Source: Cetorhinus maximus
Lineage: Eukaryota
Length of the DNA stretch: 64,000 nt
Assembly: GCF_964194155.1 (NCBI RefSeq)
Contig: NC_135898.1
Location: 41,540,001-41,604,000 of the forward strand
Direction of reading: 5' to 3'
Shown in pieces: positions 1 through 10,953 of the stretch (positions within the stretch are counted from its first letter, which is position 1; each line of letters opens with the position of its first letter). The notes beneath the pieces were generated by a model. That model did not search any database, had not been told where the DNA came from, and saw only the letters and a program-made list of their open reading frames with translations. A program made the position numbers and the translations under genes.

Positions 1-2679
1 TCTGATGTCTTGTGGCAATTTGGCTCTCATCTCCTGCCTGCTGCGCACAAATACATGCAGCTCAACTGGCTGACTGGGAGTAGCTCAACTGGGACCAGTT
101 ACAAATCCCACTTAAATTCGGACGAGTTACAACTGTTTTTTCCGTGAGGATGGCTTGCACACCAGGACCACATCATCAGCGGATAGTCCTTAATATCCAG
201 TAGCAACCTTTGGCCTGCCATGCTGTTGAAACACAGCAGACACAAAGCACTGCTACAGAATGGATGCATCGTGACTGCTGCCAAGATAACAGGCATTGAC
301 TTGCATGATGGACTGTCTGTGGTCACACACCAGCTGTACACTGAGGGACTGGAATCCTTTTCAGTTCGGATTCATGGCAAGTTGAAATACAACGTCCTTT
401 GGTCACAGATTTACAGATGCCCTTGAAATGTAAAAGAAAGCATTTCGACCCATCCCAGAAATTTCAATCTGAATGGCAGCAGCAGAAAAAACACAACTAA
501 TTTAATCATCCCAATGACTCCGATGCCTCCTCACCAACAAAAAGAATGAAGTTCTGAAGTTCACAGGCTTTTTGCATGCAATAATAAAGTTAAGCACCTG
601 GAAAGACCTGTGTGTATTATCTTTCATTAAAGTTAATTCTGAATGTACAAAAGGCGGTAAAATGTTTAACAGTAGGAGTGGAGAGTTTTTCCCCCATGTT
701 CTTCAAGGTCACACTTACTGTGACTGAGCGGGTAAGCAGAACTTAAGAGCTCCTACAGCCCTGTCATTGCAGCAATGAAGGAATCGCTAAGTGGTTTGCT
801 ACAGTGTCCCAGAGATAAATAACGCTTTTCTCTTGCTTGTCTTTCCATTCTGGCAGAAGTGCCTCTCTACATTAGCACAGCCTAGATCAGGACAAAAGTA
901 GCGCAGAGGATTCAACTTATATCCTGACACTCCACAGCACCACTTGTTGACACAAGATTGCTATATACTCAGAACATGAGAAAAGCTTAATTATCTCAAG
1001 GATAAAGGCTGCCATTGAAACAAACCTCTTGTAAACCTGGAAGAAACTTCTCACAGATAATCGTCCTGAGCGGGGGATGGGTGGTGGTGGTGGTGTTGAG
1101 GAGGTTTGGCAGAGAGCAACAGAACTTCAGAAAGGATAAAAGAAATTTCAGTGATGTACTTCAATATGTTGAGAAATTGTACACTGAGTCACTCCTGTCA
1201 GCTTCTTTGAAAATCCCTCTCTAAATATCAATGTTGAATTTGTGTCCAGAAAAGCCTGTTGTCCTGGGATATATATTTACTCATAACAATTGCTTTCCTT
1301 TTATTTTGAGCACTTATGCCGGGAATTTCCACAAGGTATGCCAATCGTCAAAAAATCAAGGTAACCCACAAAAGCAACGCTTCTGTCCATCTTTCACTGA
1401 AATAGTGACTGCTGATTAGGTGAATCCCACAGAAAATTCCTGTTTTCGCAGATTTAGTTAACTTGCCCAGTCTCTTACGAGTAAAGAGCTACAGGCAAGA
1501 CCAATCTACACAATGACAAATGAGGCTGGATTATTAAAAATTGGTTGCCTTATACAAAGATCCCTGACTGGAATATTTATTGCTGCAATAGCAGCTGGTC
1601 CTGCTCTGCATGGTTGTTCCTCATTCTTCAAGTCAGGTTCTACTCGTGCATCCATGTCTGGCAGCAACTGGTTTGTTCAGAAGCCTTGACATTAGCAAAA
1701 ACTTCTTGAACATCTGCTACACCACTCGCTGTAGACAGCCACAGAAAACACAAACAACTTGTAGAATCCAAGGAAAATCCAAAAGTAATCAACCAACAAC
1801 TACGTGTACAACTACACAATCCCTTTAATTAGCACTGGTGGGTGTTCCTCATGTTCATCTAGGTTTGTCCAAAACCTTGGGCCAGATTTCCCTCTGATGA
1901 TGGAGGTGGGAATGGAGTCGAGAATGAGAAAAATTTTGTACAGTGATTTCCCAACATAATTTCCAAGTTCTTCCCGAGCCACGCTATTTTTCTGTAGCCT
2001 TTATGTGGGTCAGGAAAAACTTGGAAAAGTTCAAATTTTTTTTTTGCAAATTCAAACCTGGACACACCTCTTCCGAGGTCAGGCTCACCATTGTGAACCT
2101 GATAGGAAGTTTGAACTTCCTGACTCCCTTTATTATCATATGCCGGTGCAGGGTTTGGAAGCCCTAAAAAAAAACCCCATCATACTGGAGAGTTTGTGAC
2201 CATCTGGGGAAGCCTGCTGAGGAGTTGGGATCATTCTGACAGGTAAGTGTTAAATATTTTGACAACTTCAAATGTCACTATTAGATACTGTATTATAATG
2301 TATATGTGTTTTAATTGCAGTGAAACATCATAGGGCTCAGCCCTGAAAAGCTCTGTCAATCATTTTAACCAGCATCGTTTAAGTGCTGAGATGCAGTGGA
2401 GTACTTTTCCCATTGATAAAAGTGTCATAATATATTCAACATTCTAGGAAAACGTGCTAGAAAACTCTCCTGCAAGCTTTAAGACTATGCATTAAATGTG
2501 CAGGGATCCTTACCTTTGAAGAAGAATTGTCCTGATGTTGAAATTTTTAAAAATCTAACCACCTGCTCCACTCCATTGATTGACAGACAGTTTGCTTTGG
2601 AATGGAAAATACATTATCTGTAGCTTAGCAAAATTGTTTTCAATTTCAATTGACTCCATTTTTTACATTTCCCAGGGTT

Positions 2680-2876
2680 TGCTCTAAGCTCTGGAATTCC
2701 CTCCCTAAACCTATTTGCCTCTCTATCTTTCTTTCCTTTAAGACACTATCTCTATGGAAAAACCTTTGGTCTCTTGAAAATTTCCTTGCTGCTCAGTGTC
2801 AAATATTGCTTGATAACTGTGATGCAACATGGCTTACAGTTTACTACATTAAAGGTGATATATAAATACAAGTTTT
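2680..2876 (+). mobile_element. L2 LINE 3'-end fragment
   Basis: CTCTGGAATTCCCTCCCTAAACC ... TACTACATTAAAGGTGATATATAAATACAAGTT matches the L2-type 3' tail also seen at 17860-18095. Confidence 0.65.
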
Positions 2877-3199
2877 TTTTGTTGTTGAAATAGTGGGCAT
2901 GCTCCTACTGCCTCAGGGTCTACAACCACCTCTTTTTGCCAGGCTGAGGTCAGTGATAGCTGCAGCAAGTGGAAGAGAAATCAGCCAGGTTCTTGGGCCT
3001 CACGTCCCAGCCCATCACTTTTGTGCAGTAGGTCTGACAAGAGGGGGTCGCTAACTTTCTTACCGTGGAGGTGGAGAGACGTTCCCAGTAGCATTGCTAG
3101 GGACCAGGGTCTGATGGTGGGCCTCAGTGATCTATTTCCGTTCTCCCACTTTAGTGCTGATTTCAGAAAGTATCGCAGACAAGGGGATAGCCCAGCAAT

Positions 3200-3546
3200 G
3201 GCACATGCACCTTGGACAGAAGGTTATGGGCTCGAATGCCCCTCAGCTGCACAGCAAGAGGTGCTAACTTTCAGATGAGATGTTAAACCAAGGAAATGTC
3301 TGCCCTCTCAGGTGGACCTATAATATCTCATGGCACTATTTGAAGAATAGGGAGTACTCCCCAGTGTCCTGACCAATATTATCCCTTAAACAACATCACT
3401 AAAAAACAATTACCTGATCATTTTCACAGTGATGTGGGATCATGCTGTGTGCAAATTGGCTGTCACATTTCCTACACTGCAACACTGTGAAGTGCTTTGG
3501 AGCATCCTGAGGCCATGAACTGTGCTATATAAATGCAAGTCTTTTT
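3200..3546 (+). mobile_element. Deu-domain SINE (SacSINE1/AmnSINE1-like)
   Basis: TTCAGATGAGATGTTAAACC...CTCTCAGGTGGAC...ATGGCACTATTTGAAGAA...GTGTCCTGACCAATATT...GCTGTGTGCAAATTGGCTG, ending in an L2-like tail (GCTTTGG..CATCCTGAGG...GCTATATAAATGCAAGTC). A degenerate B-box-like sequence lies near 3227. Confidence 0.8.
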
Positions 3547-3639
3547 ATTAAAATGTTATGATTGCAATTCCATCCCGCTGGCTCTGCCAAATTACCAACC
3601 TTCCCTTCTTGCCTCTGTACGTAAAAAAAAACCTGTTGC

Positions 3640-3772
3640 GTCTGAAATTTCTGAAAAAAAGGTCATCAACCTGAAACGTTAACTTTGTTTCCCTCTCCAC
3701 AGAAGCTGCTAAGTATTTCCAGAATTTTCTGCTTTTATTTCAGTTTTCCAGCAGGCACAGTGTTTTGCTTTT
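3640..3772 (+). mobile_element. Penelope-type short repeat carrying a degenerate hammerhead-like core
   Basis: CTGAAAA-A-AGGT-CATCA-ACCT-GAAACGTT-AAC followed by CTCTCCACAGAAGCTGCT...TTTCCAG. Same family as the arms of the palindrome at 44624-44830. Confidence 0.65.
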
Positions 3773-3780
3773 GCACAAAG

Positions 3781-3977
3781 GGAGGTGATGGCATAGAGGT
3801 ATTGTCGCTGGACTGGTAATCCCGGGACCCAGGGTAACGTTCTGGGGACCGGGGTTTGAATCCCACTATGGCAGGTGGTGGAATTTGAATTCAATAAATA
3901 TCTGGAATTGAAAGTCTAACGATGAGCATAAAACCATTGTTGATAGTTGTAAAAACCCATCTGGTTCACTAATGCCC
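3781..3977 (+). mobile_element. tRNA-derived SINE head (truncated)
   Basis: A-box-like TGGCATAGAGG and B-box-like GGTTTGAATCC followed by a non-tRNA body (GAATTTGAATTCAATAAA...CTGGTTCACTAATG). Confidence 0.7.
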
Positions 3978-3984
3978 AGGAGCA

Positions 3985-4130
3985 TAATGAACTAAAATGT
4001 GACACCAAGTCACATAAAATGATATTAGGTCAGATGACCAAAAGCTTGGTCAACGAGGTAGATTTTAAGGAATGTCTTAAAGGAGGAAAGCAAGGTAGAG
4101 AGAGTTGAGGAAGGAATTCCAAGGCTTGCA
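3985..4130 (-). mobile_element. L2 LINE 3' fragment
   Basis: GACCAAAAGCTTGGTCAA...TTAAAGGAGGA...GGAAGGAATTCCA is the reverse complement of the L2 3' region. Confidence 0.55.
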
Positions 4131-4962
4131 AAGCAGGTTAAATCTGAGACTTGCAGCTTCATTAACATATTTAAAAAGTTAACCCGCCTCCTGGGAGTGC
4201 GATGGTTTTCCCGTCCCTTTCCCTACCTGAGTGAGAGCCAGAAGTCAGCCGGTTGGATCTGCTTCCTGGCATGCTTTTAGCCACTTAACTCCCGAGCCTG
4301 CACCTAATTTGACCTTAACCCATGTTAAGACTCTCTACGACTTTACCCCCAGAGAATTTCAGCAAGTGTGGGAGTGGGAGAGAACGAGTGAAGGAAAATA
4401 GAGATTCAGAAAAATATATTGTACTCCAGACTGATTGGGGCGAGATATACTTTAACAGCTTTATTTAAAAGCAATGTTCCCTATTAAATCTGCTAAGCAG
4501 TTTTCTATTCTTTTGGAACAACAATTTCGACCAGAGTTCAGTCATGAATTCAGCATGAGAGTACGCAATAAAGGCCAGCATGATCTAATATATTGGGAGA
4601 ATGTCAGTGAGCGTGGCTATTGGCATGGAGAAAGTAGTAATAAGCTTGTCTGATCAGACCTACTGATGTTGAACATAGTGATTACCCAGAGGACAACCAA
4701 GATTGATAGGATGGTTACTACCTGTCCAAAATAGAACATTTTTCAGTATTTCAATTTTGAAGGATATCTTTTTCACTTTAACCAAATTAAAAATGTCTAC
4801 CCTCTGCAGTAGTTATTAGCCAACATGGGGCATCTGTCCAATTAGTTCAAAATCATAACAAACCAGGGGCTGAATTTTTCGTTCAGCTGCGGTGGGCAGA
4901 ACTCCAATCCCAAGGCATGCGGATCCCCGACTCCCACCCCCGCTTCTGAGGCTCATGCTACA

Positions 4963-5356
4963 ATCACAGAATCTTTGCAGGGCAGAAGGCAAGACCTGAC
5001 TTGCCCATCAAGTCTGCACTGGCTCTCTGAAAGAGCATTCTACCTAGTCCCACTCCCCTGCCTTATCCCCATAACCTTACATATTCATTCTTTTCAGATA
5101 GCAATCCAATTTCCTTTTGAATATCTCGATCGAACCTGCCTCCACAACTCTCTCAGGAAGTTTGTTCCAGACTCCAACCACCCTCTGGGTGAAAAACTTT
5201 TCCTCACATCACTTTTACTCCTTTTGCCAATTATTTTGAATCTGTGTCCTCTAGTTCTCGATGCTCTCTCAAGTGGGAACAGTTTCTCACTATTTACTCT
5301 GTCCATATCCCTCAGAATCTTTAATACCTCTATCAAGTGTCCTCTCAGCCCTCTTT
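4963..5356 (-). mobile_element. CR1 LINE 3' end nested in the Harbinger element
   Basis: ORF 5094..5360(-) RGLRGHLIEVLKILRDMDRVNSEKLFPLERASRTRGHRFKI is the CR1 ORF2 C-terminus; 3' UTR and tail run to about 4963. Confidence 0.9.
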
Positions 5357-5386
5357 GCACAAATCGGCTAATTAACGGGCACCAAG

Positions 5387-7747
5387 TGCAGGCAAGTGGA
5401 TGAAGTAACAGTAGGGGAGCATTTTGGAGATAGTGACCATAATATAGTTAGATTTAGCATCAATATGGAAAAGGACAAAGTTAGAACAGGGGGAATAAAT
5501 TGGGGGAAGACAAATTTTACAAAGCTGAGAGGTGAGCTGGCGAAAGTGAACTGGATACAGTTATTAGAAGGAAAAACTGTGTCAAGTCAATGGGATGCAT
5601 TCAAAGGCGAGATTCTATAGGAACAGTGTAGATATGTCCCCACAAAGAAAAAGGGTGGTACTGCCTAATCTAAAACCCCCTTTTTATATAGAAGCATACA
5701 GGCCAAGATAAAACAGAAAAAAGAAAGCTTATGACAGTCACAAAAGACTTAACACTGTGGTAAGCTGAGAGGAGTATAGAAAATACAGGGGTGAAGTAAA
5801 AATGGAAACTAGGAAAGCAAAAAGAGGATACAAAAAAAATTGGCAGGCAAAATCAAAGAAAATCCTAAAGTGTTTTACCAGTACATTAAGAGCCAGAGGA
5901 AAGAGATGTGCATGGTAACTTGTGAGTTGATGCAGAAGATGTGGGCTGCGTTCTCAATGAGTACTTTGTCTCTGTCTTCACCAAAGAGAGGAATGATACA
6001 GACATTCTAGATGGAGGAGGAGTGTGAAATATTAAATACAATAAGCATAGTAAGAGAGGAAGTACTGAAGGGACTGGCATCCTTGAAGGTGAATAAATAA
6101 CCAGGGCCAACTGGGTTGTATCCCAGGCTATTGAAGGGAGCCAGGGAGGAAATAACGGATGCTCTGAGGATCATTTTCCAATCCTCACTAGATACAGGCG
6201 AGGTCCCAGAGGGTTGGAAGTCTGCAAACATTGTACCATTATTCAAAAAGGGTGCAAGGGATAGGCCAGAAAATTATAGGCCGATCAGTCTGACTTCGGT
6301 GGTGGGCAAATTATTGGAAACAATTCTGAGAGACAGGATAAACTGTCACTTAGAAAGACACAGATTGATCAGGGATAGTCAGCATGGTTTTGTTAGGGGA
6401 AGATCGTATCTTACTAACTTAATAGAATTTTTTGAGGAATTAACAAGGGGGATTGATGAGGGTAGTGCAGTGTAGTGGATGTTGTCTACATGGATTTTAG
6501 CAAGGCGCTGGACAAGGTCCCACATGGCAGACTGGTCAGAAAAGTGAGATCTCATGGGATACAGGGGAAGGTGGCAGGTTGGATCCAAAATTTGGATCAG
6601 TGACAGTAAGCAAAGGGTAATGGTCGATGGATGTTTTTGGAAATGGAAAACCATTTCCAGTGGTGTTCCACGGGGCTCAGTGTTGGGGCCTTTGCTGTTT
6701 ATAGCATTTATTAACGATTAGACTTAAATGTGGGAGGCATGATTGGGAAATTTGCAGATGACACAAAAATTGGCTGTGTTGTTGATAGTGAAGATGATAG
6801 TGGTCTACTCCAGAATGATATCAATGGTTTGGTTGAGTGGGCGGAGAAGTGCCAATTGGAATTCAATCCAGAAAAGTGTGAGGTAGTGCATTTGGGAAGG
6901 GCAAACAAAGCAAGGGAATACTCAATAAACGGGAAGTTATTGAGAGGGGTTGAGGAAGTGAGAGACCTTGGAGTGCATGTCCACAGGTCCTTGAAGGTGG
7001 CAGGACAGATGGATAAGGTGGTCAAGAAAGCATATGGAATGCTTTGCTTTATTGGGTGAGGTATTGAATACAAAAGCAGGGATGTAATGATGGAACTGTA
7101 TAAAATGCAGGTTAGGCCACAGCTGGAATTTTGTGTACAGTTCTGGTCACCACATCACAGGAAGGACATAATTGCTCTGGAGAGAGTGCAGAGGAGATTT
7201 ACAAGAATGTTGCCAGGGTTTGAAAATTGCAGTATGAGGAGAGATTGGATAGGCTAGGGTTGTTTTCCTTAGAGCAGAGGGGGCTAAGGGGTGACCGAAT
7301 TGAGGTGTATAAAATTATGAGGGGCCTAGATAGGGTAGACAGGAAAGACTTGTTTCCTCCTAGCTTAGGGGTCAATTACCAGGGGTTTAAGGTGATTGGT
7401 AGAAGGATTAGGGGGGACATGAGGGAAAACTTTTTAACCCAGAGGGTGTGCATGTCTGGAATTCACTGCCTAAGTTGGTGGTTGAGGCATGCCAAGTGCT
7501 TAGAATAGATAGGTGCTTGATGGCTGGCACAGACATGATGGGCCGAAGGGCTGTATACCTCTGTGAAATGCTCAACTCATTTAATAGGTACCTGGATCTG
7601 CATCTGAAGTACTGTAACCTGCAAGGCTGTGGACCAGGTGCTTGAAATTGGGATTAAAATAAGCGGCTAATTTCTTATTTCTCTTTTTGGCCAGCGCAGA
7701 CATGATGGACTGAACGGCCTCTTTCTCCACCGTAACTTTTCTATGGT
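5387..7747 (+). mobile_element. CR1 LINE (5'-truncated ORF2 pseudogene: end of endonuclease, RT, 3' UTR)
   Basis: GEHFGDSDHN (APE motif), NYRPISLTSVVGK, SQHGF, GVPRGSVLGP, KFADDTK; several stops and frameshifts. Candidate TSD ACCAAG (5381-5386) / ACTAAG (7748-7753). Confidence 0.95.
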
Positions 7748-8142
7748 ACTAAGCAGGTTTTCAGCTAACGGTGTCAACTGAGGGCACGCTGCTCACCCAA
7801 TGGTTAAAGGAGGGCGGGGTGTCTGGGCACTATGCTGGCAGGTCGTGTCCCAGAAGGAGGTCACGGCCACTCACTTAAAGGGGCCCCTGGCACGGAACTG
7901 GGTTAGGTGCACCAGGGCTGAGAATAATAGTGAGGCAAAAGAGTTTCATGGTGCTGCTGTATATCTTGAATCATTGAAACAAGTAAGTGCGAAATTATAT
8001 GTATTTCTGTGTTTATTTATCGATGAGAAAATTGTTGGAACCTTGGCAGGCATGAGAGAGCTGCATGCATTTCAAGCATAGCCCTGTTGATTGCAGGGCG
8101 TTCTTGAGCATCAGATTGTCAACTCTCATTGTCTCTTCACAG

Positions 8143-10050
8143 ATGAACAAGAGAAAGGAGTGAGCTACTGACCAGGGCAGAAGGTCAAGGATGGCTCTGA
8201 GGTTCGTTGGTGACTCGCTGCGAGCCCTCCTCCAGGCTGTAAGTGCCAAGCGGGAGGTCCTCATGCCCGCTGATAGTAAGAAGAGACCTCCTAGTCTGCC
8301 CAAAGCAGCCGGGAGGGAGGTCACCGTGGAGGGCCTTGGGGTCATCAGGCAGACGGAATGGCCTTTTAGGGTTGGACACTTTGAAGCTCAATTAGGGAGA
8401 CATATATGCACGGAGGGATATGAAAAGGCTCAGTGAGGGTATTATCTTGTGCACTGACCAAAAGTGCAGGGCGGCATAATGCACTATTGCCACTGTACAC
8501 TGCCCCGAGACCCACAAAGGGGTTGTTGTGGCGGTAGGGGGGGTGGATTGGAAAAAGTGTGAAAGTTACATTGACCATTCGGTGCTGCAGATTCTTCAGC
8601 CTGTGGAGTACTGAGAGGTCAGAAGAGTCAAGGAATGATTGCACAGTACATACCGAATCATTGCAACGCTGCACTGTTTTTGCAGAAGAGGGCCCACGAT
8701 GCCCGTGAAAGATCGAAGATGGGAGGCAGTGTGCCCAACCTGGTGATCCTCACAGCAATAGGGGTGGTGGCCTTGGAGCTTGCTGCCAATGAGTGGAGCC
8801 GGTCCATTGGGAGAGGTGAGACAGGACAAAGGCCCTGTGTTGGTGAGATTGAAAGGGACGATATGTGCAACTGAGAGAGATATATGTTAACAGGGCTAAG
8901 GGAAGGGTGTATGTTGTCATGTATGTTGAGTCAAAGAGTCACTGATGCTACCTGTGAGACAATACTCTCATGCATCGGTGAGGAATGACTGAGTAAACGT
9001 TGGTAGCTGTGCAATGCAATACAATAACATCTCATAATGCTTTAGGGGTGTTGCCAACGTGGAAGGATGTCTATGTGCACTCTCTTGGAAGGTTGGAAAG
9101 GTCTGTAACCTTCCCTGTTCTTGTCTCCTTCACAGGCGAATCATTAACTAAAAGTCCCCCGTCTGCCACTAACCTCTGAGGAGGAAGAGAAAGCCTCAGT
9201 GTGTAGCGGCACATCCTTGCTCTGCACCAAGCACCAGTGCAGATACTAGCACCTCGGCTGGGAATCACGCAACAGAACTAAGGGAAGCACAAACTGGTGA
9301 GTGGAAATGCAGCTGCCAGAGACTGAGATGGAGCAGGCCTCTGGCTGTCGGAGGAGTGCTGGAGGAGATCCAGATGCTGAATCCCAGTCAGATGATGAGC
9401 CTCTGGTAAGGTGACAGATGCTGGATGTCCAGTGTGAGGTGCTTGGAGATGTGGCAGAGATACCAGAGTTGTTGCACATTCTGGTACAGAGATAAAAAAC
9501 TTTGGAAGTGTTGATCCAGGCCATGAGCGCTGTGATCACCCACTCGACAGAACATATGGCTTCCTCCATTGACAGACTGGTGACCCAGCAGATTACAGAA
9601 ACAATCGTGCGGATGTGTTCTGACCTGCACTCCATCACCTGACTCTGTGCTCAGGGGCCCAGAGCCTGAGCGATAGGGGATTGAGGAGTCTGGATTCACA
9701 TCTAGCTCCTGACCCCTCTCAGCAAAGCAGAGAGGGCCAAATAGACCTCATGGCAGAGGGTGAGCACCCCATCTGGGGCACCTCTTAGGGCACTTGTAAT
9801 GGGGACAGCCTCTCCTACGCCCCTCTGCCGCTGGCACAGATACTCACCAGTGTCGTGGCGAAGGAAGGGCATCCCACCTTGAGATTCCCACCATGGCAGG
9901 ATCCTGAAAGCCTCAGCCAACCAGAGGACACCTGCTAAAGTCATCCAAGGCAAGGGGCGTAAGGGTCAGCAATCTCCACCTCAGCTGAAAGTGAAATGGG
10001 AGCACCACACTGCAGAACCCAGAGAGGAATCAAAAAGACCCCATATTAGT
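8143..10050 (+). pseudogene. Harbinger Myb/SANT-like DNA-binding protein pseudogene (multi-exon)
   Basis: LRFVGDSLRALLQAVSAKREVLMPADSKKRPP (Myb/SANT exon 1), then KRAHDARERSKMGGSVP after acceptor TTTTGCAG at 8685; another acceptor CTTCACAG at 9135; in-frame stops. Confidence 0.75.
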
Positions 10051-10109
10051 CACATTTTGGTGCACATGGGTAATTTACAATTTGAATCAATTGTAAGGGC
10101 CAATAAGGT

Positions 10110-10953
10110 CATGTGATGGCCCTGGTTTTGCCATGACTCTCGTTATACCAACACTCAGCATCCATCCTAGAACCTCAAATTGGTGTCAGTAGCCACTTCT
10201 TTAACAGGTAGCCTTTGTGACCCATTCTTCCAAAACATCAGGTCCTGACAACATGGCTGGCACCTGGGAATTCCTGAGTATACAGCAGTCCTGCTCCCTG
10301 GGTACCTAGCGCAGACCTGCAGGATGTGGTGCTGGTGGCTGGACACTAACCATACATTTAGTGAGAGGCAGCCCTTCTTGTTAACAAATGCCCCGGGCTG
10401 ACCTGCTGGTGCCTTTATGGCGACATGGGTGCAGTCGATCACTCCTTGTACCCTGGGGAAACCTGCCGTGGCCGGCTGTGGTGAAGGAGATGTACTGTTC
10501 TGCACGTCTAAACGTTGCATCAGTAAAGACCTTTGTGTAGTGGTGCGCTGCAGGCTATGTAATGCCACTGAGGTTCCCACACATGGCCAGAAATGAGCCT
10601 GAGGCAAAAAAATTCAGAGCCACAGTGACTTACACACAGTGATGACTTCCCCACATAGTTAGATGCTATCTCCTTGGTCAGCATCTCACAAAGAGAAGCC
10701 ACAGTCCCTCTTGAAAGTCAGAATCTCCTCAGGCAATGTATCTTTGTCATCTGTAGATAGTTCATCCTTGCTCTGTAGAGATGAGTGAATGGGGAAGACC
10801 TCTGCTTACACCTGTGGCTGCTGCCCCTTGCTCCTCTGGTGCTCCCTCATGTACTTCTTGTGTCAGTTACCCCTGAACATCTCCTCCTCCCTCTCCTTCT
10901 CATTCTCCTCCTCTTATTGGAGGATGTATCCCCCACAGAGACCTCAAATCCAT
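10110..10953 (-). pseudogene. Harbinger/HARBI1-like DDE transposase pseudogene
   Basis: AGFPRVQGVIDCTHVAIKAP...FVNKKG.LSLNV...ARYPGS; the GDKGY motif reads GHKGY; the C-terminus is cut after YNESHGKTRAIT; frameshifted. Confidence 0.9.

Noticed and set aside
1-1860. Host gene exons or 3' UTR at the window start
   Set aside because: Unique-looking sequence, but all frames examined close quickly and no peptide was recognised.
3781-3870. tRNA gene (also considered at 18423-18495)
   Set aside because: A and B boxes are present, but no convincing cloverleaf was seen and the sequence continues into a repeat body; these are SINE heads.
10110-10953. Domesticated host gene HARBI1
   Set aside because: It lies within TIRs next to a Myb partner, is frameshifted, has a mutated catalytic motif and is truncated, so it is a dead transposase.
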